From positions 482,634 through 546,633 of the forward strand of contig JAQTZF010000001.1 in assembly GCA_028687915.1 (NCBI GenBank): a stretch of 64,000 nt of DNA. Reading direction: 5' to 3'. The DNA comes from Candidatus Daviesbacteria bacterium. Its GTDB lineage: Bacteria > Patescibacteriota > Microgenomatia > Daviesbacterales > UBA10151. The number at the start of each line of letters is the position of its first letter. The first letter of the stretch is position 1. Of this stretch, positions 58,578 through 64,000 are shown piece after piece. The position numbers and the translations under genes were made by a program. The notes beneath the pieces are model-generated. The model was not told the origin of the DNA and ran no database searches. It was given only the letters and a program-made list of their open reading frames with translations.

Positions 58578-59593
58578 TGAAGGTTGGTTTTGATATTTCT
58601 CAGATAGCATATAGAGGTGGGGTGGTAACTTATACAAAAAGTCTAGCGAAAGAATTACAAAAGAATCCTCAACTTGATATGAAGTTTTTTTATGCTTCAC
58701 TGCGAAAGCCTTATCAGGGTAGTTTAGCTAATGTAAAAAATTTTAAAATACCCAGTTCTTTATCTGAAATATTTTTTAATAGAATCAGAATGACCCCTAT
58801 TGAGAGATTTCTTGGACCAATTGATATTTTTCATTCTTCAGATTGGATTCAACCACCAACGAAAGCAAAAAAAGTAACCACCTATCATGATGTTGTACCT
58901 TTGAAATATCCTCAATGGTCAACCCCAAAAATAGTTGAAGTACATAAAAGAAGATTAAAAATTGTAGAAAAAGAAATTGATATGGTAATTGCTGTCTCAA
59001 ATGCTACAAAAAAAGATCTTTTAGAAAATTCTATTATTCCAGAAGAGAAAATAAGGGTTATTTATGAGGCTGCAGATGCTAAATTTAAGCCACAAGATAA
59101 AAGTGAAATTGAAGCTTTTAAGAGAAAGCTGAAGTTACCGGAGGGTTACGTTCTGGCTATTGGTGGAGTGGGAGAAAGAAGAAATTTAGATAGAATTAAA
59201 GAAGCCTCAAAAGGCTATAATCTGGTTATTACAGGAGAAACGATTCCATGGTTATCGGATGATGATTTACCTCTACTATATGCAGGAGCTAGTGTTTTAT
59301 TATATCCCTCTTTTTATGAAGGTTTTGGTTTGCCAATATTGGAGGCTATGAGTTGTGAAACTCCTGTAATTACTTCAAATATATCATCAATGCCTGAAGT
59401 TGGAGGGGAAGCAGCCCTTTCTGTTAATCCTGAAGATGAAAATGAAATAAAGAAAAGGTTAAAGCAGGTAATAGAGGATAGTGATTTGAGAACGCAGTTA
59501 ATTAAGAAAGGGCTTGAGCAAGCAAAGAAATTCTCCTGGGAAAAGTGTGCAAAAGAGACTTTTGAAATTTACCAGCAATTAACAAGGGTATAA
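58574..59593 (+). CDS. GT4 glycosyltransferase
   Basis: GV..Y, HSSDW, TTYHD, AVS..TK.D, YEGFGLPILEAM, FSWEK. Confidence 0.92.
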   Translation: MMKVGFDISQIAYRGGVVTYTKSLAKELQKNPQLDMKFFYASLRKPYQGSLANVKNFKIPSSLSEIFFNRIRMTPIERFLGPIDIFHSSDWIQPPTKAKKVTTYHDVVPLKYPQWSTPKIVEVHKRRLKIVEKEIDMVIAVSNATKKDLLENSIIPEEKIRVIYEAADAKFKPQDKSEIEAFKRKLKLPEGYVLAIGGVGERRNLDRIKEASKGYNLVITGETIPWLSDDDLPLLYAGASVLLYPSFYEGFGLPILEAMSCETPVITSNISSMPEVGGEAALSVNPEDENEIKKRLKQVIEDSDLRTQLIKKGLEQAKKFSWEKCAKETFEIYQQLTRV

Positions 59594-59635
59594 CTTGCAA
59601 GAGTTTTAAGCGGGATGAAATAGAGACACTATAGT

Positions 59636-60901
59636 ATGAGTTTAAAGAATAATTGGAAAATATACTTAATATTATTAGTGACTTTTTCTATAGTCATATT
59701 TATCAGATTTTATAACTTTAGTAATAGAATTAATTTTGGTCCTGAACAAGCAATTTCCTTAATTACTACCGGTGAATATATTAAAGATAAAATTACTCTG
59801 ATTGGATTACCTTCTACTCAAAGAGTAACATCAACAGGTCATATTATTTTTTCCAGCCCTATATTTAATTACGCTTTAATTCCATTGGAATTAATATTTA
59901 ATTTTGATCCAATTTTAATAACTGGTTATTTTGCACTATTAAATATTATCACAGGATTAATTATTTATTTGTTAACTAAGAAAATATTTTCGGTGCAAGT
60001 AGCTCTTTTTGCAGTCATTTTATTTTTGTTTAATGGTTATATGATTTATCATTCTTTGTTTATTTGGATTGTAAATTATTTGCCCCTTTTAGGTCTTTTG
60101 ACTATATATTTATTGTTTCTTTTTAGGCAAAAGAATAGAAAAATATTTTCATTGGCTTTGGGCTTAATTTCTGGAATTGCTTTTGGGACAGAATACCTCT
60201 ATTTATTTACTGCAGTTTTTGTTCTATTGTTTTTAATCTATTATTCAAAAAATAAATTTAAAGATTTTATTATTTTTATGTTAGGTTTTGCTGTTGGCAA
60301 TTTACCTCTCATTCTTTTTGATTTGAAACATAACTTTTATTATTTTGGCACCCTGTATCAGTATTTAATTGATACTATTAATTCTCCGGGTCAAAGTAAA
60401 CTTTCTTATTATCACTTTTTACAATTTTGGCCCCTACTTACTATAATTGGAGGTGTTATTTTATATAAAATTTTTCGAATAAATAAGTATATAGCATTAT
60501 TATTAATAGCACTCTATATTTTTATGAATTTAACTTCACCTTTAGTAAGTTTTAACGAAGCTGTTGGTATGAATAAGGGTTTAAACTATAATTTGTTAAA
60601 TAAGGCTGCTCAAATCATTGCAGATAATAAACCTGAAAAATTTAATGTTGCAACTACCTGGGATTTTGACAGTCAAGCACATCCGTTGCGCTATCTATTA
60701 AGATTTCGTTATGAAATGATACCTTTAGGTATTGAAGAATACAGAAATGCTGATAATATCTATGTTATGACAAATCCAACATATGATATTAACAATGCAT
60801 CTCTTTATGAAATTTCTAGTTTTAGACCATTTAAGACTGAATTGCTCACAAATTTAAGTAATGATTATAGTGTTTTTAAATTGAATCACTTAAATAAATA
60901 A
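59636..60901 (+). CDS. GT39/ArnT-like GT-C glycosyltransferase
   Basis: RFYN....NFGPEQ, LIG, P.F.Y, FDLKHNF, PLRY; multi-TM. Confidence 0.72.
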   Translation: MSLKNNWKIYLILLVTFSIVIFIRFYNFSNRINFGPEQAISLITTGEYIKDKITLIGLPSTQRVTSTGHIIFSSPIFNYALIPLELIFNFDPILITGYFALLNIITGLIIYLLTKKIFSVQVALFAVILFLFNGYMIYHSLFIWIVNYLPLLGLLTIYLLFLFRQKNRKIFSLALGLISGIAFGTEYLYLFTAVFVLLFLIYYSKNKFKDFIIFMLGFAVGNLPLILFDLKHNFYYFGTLYQYLIDTINSPGQSKLSYYHFLQFWPLLTIIGGVILYKIFRINKYIALLLIALYIFMNLTSPLVSFNEAVGMNKGLNYNLLNKAAQIIADNKPEKFNVATTWDFDSQAHPLRYLLRFRYEMIPLGIEEYRNADNIYVMTNPTYDINNASLYEISSFRPFKTELLTNLSNDYSVFKLNHLNK

Positions 60902-62049
60902 TGAATATCTGGATTGATGGTTATGAAGCAAATGTTCCACAAAGACTTGGGTCCTCACAGTTAGGATTTGAGCTTTTGTGTCACCTTGAGAAAATTGATC
61001 AAAAAAATGAATATACAATATTATTACCATCTGCCCCTCTTCCTGATTTACCAAAGGAAAGAGCTGGATGGACTTATAAAATATTAAAACCTAATAAGTT
61101 ATGGACAAGGATTGCCTTGCCTTATGCTTTATATTCAGCAAAAATAAAACCGGATTTAATTTATTCCCCAACTCACTATATACCTCGTTTTTCTCCGGTT
61201 AGGCGAATAGTTACTATCTTTGATTTATCTTATCTCCATTTTCCGGAAATGATTCCACGGGCTGATTTATGGAAAATGGTAAATTGGGGAAAATTTGGAA
61301 TACAGAGAGCAGATCATATAATTACCATCTCAAATTTTTCCAGAAAAGATATAATTAAAAATTATAAAATAAACAGTGAAAAAGTTACTGCGATATACCC
61401 TGGATATGATAAGAATATCTTTAAGCCTATTAAAGATCACAAAAAAATAGATTTAATAAAGCAGAAGTATGGAATTTCAGGTAAGTACATTATATATATA
61501 GGAACAATTCAACCCAGAAAGAATTTAATTAGGCTTATAGAAGCTTTTAAGCCTATTGAAAACTTAAAGTTAGTAATTGTTGGAAAAACTAAAGGGTTGG
61601 GGCGGGAAGGATGGATGTTTGATGAGATTTTGGCTAAACCTGCAAAATTAGGGATTGAAGACAAAGTTATTTTTACAGGCTTTGTGCCAACAGAAGAATT
61701 ACCATATTTATTGTCAGAAGCTGAAACATTTATATTACCCTCTCTTTGGGAGGGTTTTGGAATACCTGCGGTTGAAGCAATGGCTTGTGGAGCACCTGTG
61801 ATAGTATCTAATGTATCTTCCTTGCCTGAAGTGGTTGGTAATGCTGGTTTATTAATTGATCCTCATTCTACAACTCAGATAGAGCAGGCAATCAGAACTA
61901 TTACAACGGATAGTAAGATTAGGGAAAAGAGAATTAAAGCAGGTTTAGAACAAGCAAAAAAGTATTCATGGAACAAAATGGCAAAAACATTATTAAAAGT
62001 TTTTGAGCTCACCTGCGCCGAGGCTTCGGCGAGTGAAAGAAAAAAATAA
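60901..62049 (+). CDS. GT4 glycosyltransferase
   Basis: TIFDL, GTIQPRKN, SLWEGFGIP.VEAMACG, SSLPEV, YSW. Confidence 0.93.
   Translation: MNIWIDGYEANVPQRLGSSQLGFELLCHLEKIDQKNEYTILLPSAPLPDLPKERAGWTYKILKPNKLWTRIALPYALYSAKIKPDLIYSPTHYIPRFSPVRRIVTIFDLSYLHFPEMIPRADLWKMVNWGKFGIQRADHIITISNFSRKDIIKNYKINSEKVTAIYPGYDKNIFKPIKDHKKIDLIKQKYGISGKYIIYIGTIQPRKNLIRLIEAFKPIENLKLVIVGKTKGLGREGWMFDEILAKPAKLGIEDKVIFTGFVPTEELPYLLSEAETFILPSLWEGFGIPAVEAMACGAPVIVSNVSSLPEVVGNAGLLIDPHSTTQIEQAIRTITTDSKIREKRIKAGLEQAKKYSWNKMAKTLLKVFELTCAEASASERKK
62009..62036. repeat. GC-rich palindromic (REP-like) element inside the 3' end of the GT4 gene
   Basis: TCAC-ctg-CGCCGA-ggct-TCGGCG-a-GTGA; strongly GC-rich against the AT-rich background. 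Confidence 0.6.
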
Positions 62050-62954
62050 TGAATAAAATATCAATTGTTATTCCTTATTGGAATGGGGTAGAGAAAATAA
62101 AAAAGCATTTACCTAAAGTCCTTGAATTTGCCAAAGTAAATAATATTGAAGAAATAATAGCTTGTGATGATGCATCCACGGATGAGACTGTAAAGTTATT
62201 AAAAACAGATTTTCCGGAGGTGCAAGTTGTTGAAAGAAAAATAAATCAAGGTTTTGCATCAAATGTTAATTCAGGATTCTTAAAAATTACAGGTGATTTC
62301 GTATTTTTATTAAATAGTGATGCATCTCCAGAAAATGATGCTTTAAAATCTGCCCTGCCTCATTTTGAAGATCCTAAAGTTTTTAGTGTGGGTTGTAATG
62401 TGGGAGGGCTTTGGGCTGTGGGTCGATTTGAGAACGGTTATTTTTGGCATGATCAAGGCTCGTTTAAGGGAGATAAATTAAAATCGCACCAGACTTTATG
62501 GTCTTCTGGTGGATCAGGTATTTTTCGTAAAACTATTTGGGATGAATTAGGGGGATTGGATGAACTATATAATCCTTTTTATGTAGAAGATGTTGATTTA
62601 GGCTACAGAGCAACTAAACGAGGCTATATTAATATTTGGGAACCTGAAAGTAAGGTAGAACACTACCAGGAAAAGGGTGTTATTGAGGCTAATTTTAAAA
62701 AAGAAAAAATTAATAATATTGCTGAGAGGAATTCATTAATTTTTATTTGGAAAAATATAACAAGTGAAAAATTAATGAATGAACATAAGAAAGCTTTGAT
62801 AAAGAGATTAATATCACATCCTAAATATTGGGCTATCTTTTTAGCTGCTGTGCGAAAATATCCTGAAATTATGGAAAAAAGAGAGGTGGAAAAAAAGTAT
62901 GCTCACCTTACAGATGAAGATATATTTAACATTTTTTCCAAGAGTCAAGTATAA
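62049..62954 (+). CDS. GT2 glycosyltransferase
   Basis: IPYWNG, DDASTD, NQGF...VN.G, LLNSD, GGLDE...PFY.EDVDL. Confidence 0.92.
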   Translation: MNKISIVIPYWNGVEKIKKHLPKVLEFAKVNNIEEIIACDDASTDETVKLLKTDFPEVQVVERKINQGFASNVNSGFLKITGDFVFLLNSDASPENDALKSALPHFEDPKVFSVGCNVGGLWAVGRFENGYFWHDQGSFKGDKLKSHQTLWSSGGSGIFRKTIWDELGGLDELYNPFYVEDVDLGYRATKRGYINIWEPESKVEHYQEKGVIEANFKKEKINNIAERNSLIFIWKNITSEKLMNEHKKALIKRLISHPKYWAIFLAAVRKYPEIMEKREVEKKYAHLTDEDIFNIFSKSQV

Positions 62955-62955
62955 T
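62950..62955 (+). promoter_or_regulatory. Candidate -10 box TATAAT for a leaderless transcript
   Basis: 6 nt before ATG 62962. Confidence 0.45.
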
Positions 62956-62961
62956 TAACAG

Positions 62962-63564
62962 ATGAGTGTATTTAAAGACAAGATGGGTAATGATTTAAAT
63001 GGATCTCAAGTGATTGAGAAGGTTATTAAACGGTTCTTTAGTTATATTTTAGATATCGAATTATTTATTATTCGATTGGCAGGTTTGATTCCAATATACA
63101 CTATTAGATGGTTAATATATGTTGCAGCTGGAATGAAGTTGCCATATGGCTCTCATATTCATATGAATGCTCAATTCTTTTATCCAAAAGGTATAGAGAT
63201 TGGTAAAGACACAATTATTGGGCAGGGTGTATTTTTGGATGGTAGGGCAAAGCTAAAAATAGGAAACCATGTAGATATTGCCTCAGAAGTGATGATTTAT
63301 AACTCAGAACATGATATGAATGCAGAAGACTTTCATGCAATAAACGAGGAAGTTTTAATCGGTGATTATGTTTTTATTGGTCCCCGCGTGATTATTTTAC
63401 CTGGTGTTAAAGTTGGAAAGGGTGCAATAATTGCTGCAGGTGCAGTGGTAACCAAAGATGTACCTGAATATGCGTTAGTTGGAGGTGTTCCTGCTAAAAT
63501 AATAGGAGAAAGATCCTTAAAAGATTTACACTATAAACTTGGACATGCACGATTACTTCAATGA
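62962..63564 (+). CDS. Hexapeptide-repeat O-acyltransferase (WbbJ/maltose acetyltransferase-like)
   Basis: LDGR, IYNSEHD, IGDYVFIG, LPGV.VG.GA..AAGAVVTKDV, GGVPAK. Confidence 0.9.
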   Translation: MSVFKDKMGNDLNGSQVIEKVIKRFFSYILDIELFIIRLAGLIPIYTIRWLIYVAAGMKLPYGSHIHMNAQFFYPKGIEIGKDTIIGQGVFLDGRAKLKIGNHVDIASEVMIYNSEHDMNAEDFHAINEEVLIGDYVFIGPRVIILPGVKVGKGAIIAAGAVVTKDVPEYALVGGVPAKIIGERSLKDLHYKLGHARLLQ

Positions 63565-64000
63565 TTAGGATTCTTTTTATAGGTTTTGCTATTTTATTAT
63601 TGATTTATCTCTTAATACCGGGACCCACATCAATTGATAATTTTTCAGAGTTGCCAAATTCTACAAAATCTACTTTATCAGGAGATACTATTCAGCAGCA
63701 AAATGTCGCTGGATATTTTTCTAATAATTATAGAAATTTTGTGACTAATTTCTATAAAAATGATTATTCAAGCAAGGTTGTGCTCCCGTTTTTGCCTATA
63801 CGTTTAAATTATCCTCCTGAATTTGCGTACACCGCAATTATAGACCAGACAAAGAGTACCTATTTGGAAGAGTTTGTTTATCCTTTACGTGATTCCTTGT
63901 TTGTAAACGGTTTTGAACCATTCTACGAAAGTGGAAAGCAAAAATTTTTTAGTTCAACAAAATTTGAACAAGAAGGAAAATTATTTTATACAAAAGCTAC
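63561..64000 (+). CDS. Membrane-anchored hypothetical protein, 3'-truncated by the window edge (absent from the ORF track)
   Basis: ATGA overlap with the upstream stop; open to the end of the window: MIRILFIGFAILLLIYLLIPGP...RLNYPPE...DQT.STYLEE...P.R.SLF.NG.EP. Confidence 0.75.
   Translation, partial: MIRILFIGFAILLLIYLLIPGPTSIDNFSELPNSTKSTLSGDTIQQQNVAGYFSNNYRNFVTNFYKNDYSSKVVLPFLPIRLNYPPEFAYTAIIDQTKSTYLEEFVYPLRDSLFVNGFEPFYESGKQKFFSSTKFEQEGKLFYTKA

Noticed and set aside
3161-59000. Short ORF-track entries (60-136 aa) antisense to or nested within long genes, e.g. 3161-3394, 6678-7088, 20550-20798, 23921-24247, 34367-34576, 46333-46623, 52330-52602
   Set aside because: They overlap well-supported CDSs fully or largely, have no recognisable motifs and are expected shadow ORFs.
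1921-59400. Similar DNA around EGFGLPILEA...SNISSMPEV in GT4 genes 1157 and 58574
   Set aside because: Synonymous sites have diverged, so this is ordinary paralogous motif conservation rather than a DNA repeat.
1-64000. CRISPR array, rRNA/tRNA, IS or prophage genes, SAM/SAH riboswitch, stop-codon reassignment
   Set aside because: Intergenic gaps are all under about 150 bp with no periodic repeats. The gap before the kinase/ahcY genes is too small for a riboswitch. TGA, TAA and TAG all end genes at expected lengths.

Overview
The whole 64 kb is one continuous, AT-rich, tightly packed bacterial cell-surface glycosylation locus of about 58 CDS. It uses the standard code (TGA stops), has many ATGA-type gene overlaps and few Shine-Dalgarno sites. 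Gene content and style suggest a Patescibacteria/CPR (Microgenomates-like) genome; this is inference. Both flanks (1-9.2 kb and 43.5-64 kb) are entirely + strand and hold GT2/GT4 glycosyltransferases and many multi-TM GT-C (PMT/ArnT/PIG-V-like) enzymes. The middle is a mosaic with six minus-strand blocks. It contains a wecB/short dehydrogenase pair and an apparently complete legionaminic-type nonulosonic acid pathway (4,6-dehydratase, fused acetyltransferase-aminotransferase, neuC, neuB, neuA), which is split by an inverted SDR + deacetylase-like + B12 radical SAM cassette. It also contains a second B12 radical SAM, a Wzx flippase and a Wzm/Wzt ABC exporter. Nine class I methyltransferases are spread across the locus, which also carries its own SAH-disposal module (adenosine kinase + ahcY). 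Best candidate for an undescribed system: a heavily methylated surface glycan carrying a tailored nonulosonic acid, supported by dedicated methyl-cycle enzymes. No rRNA, tRNA, CRISPR array or transposase was seen. All product calls come from motif recognition by eye; no database searches were run.
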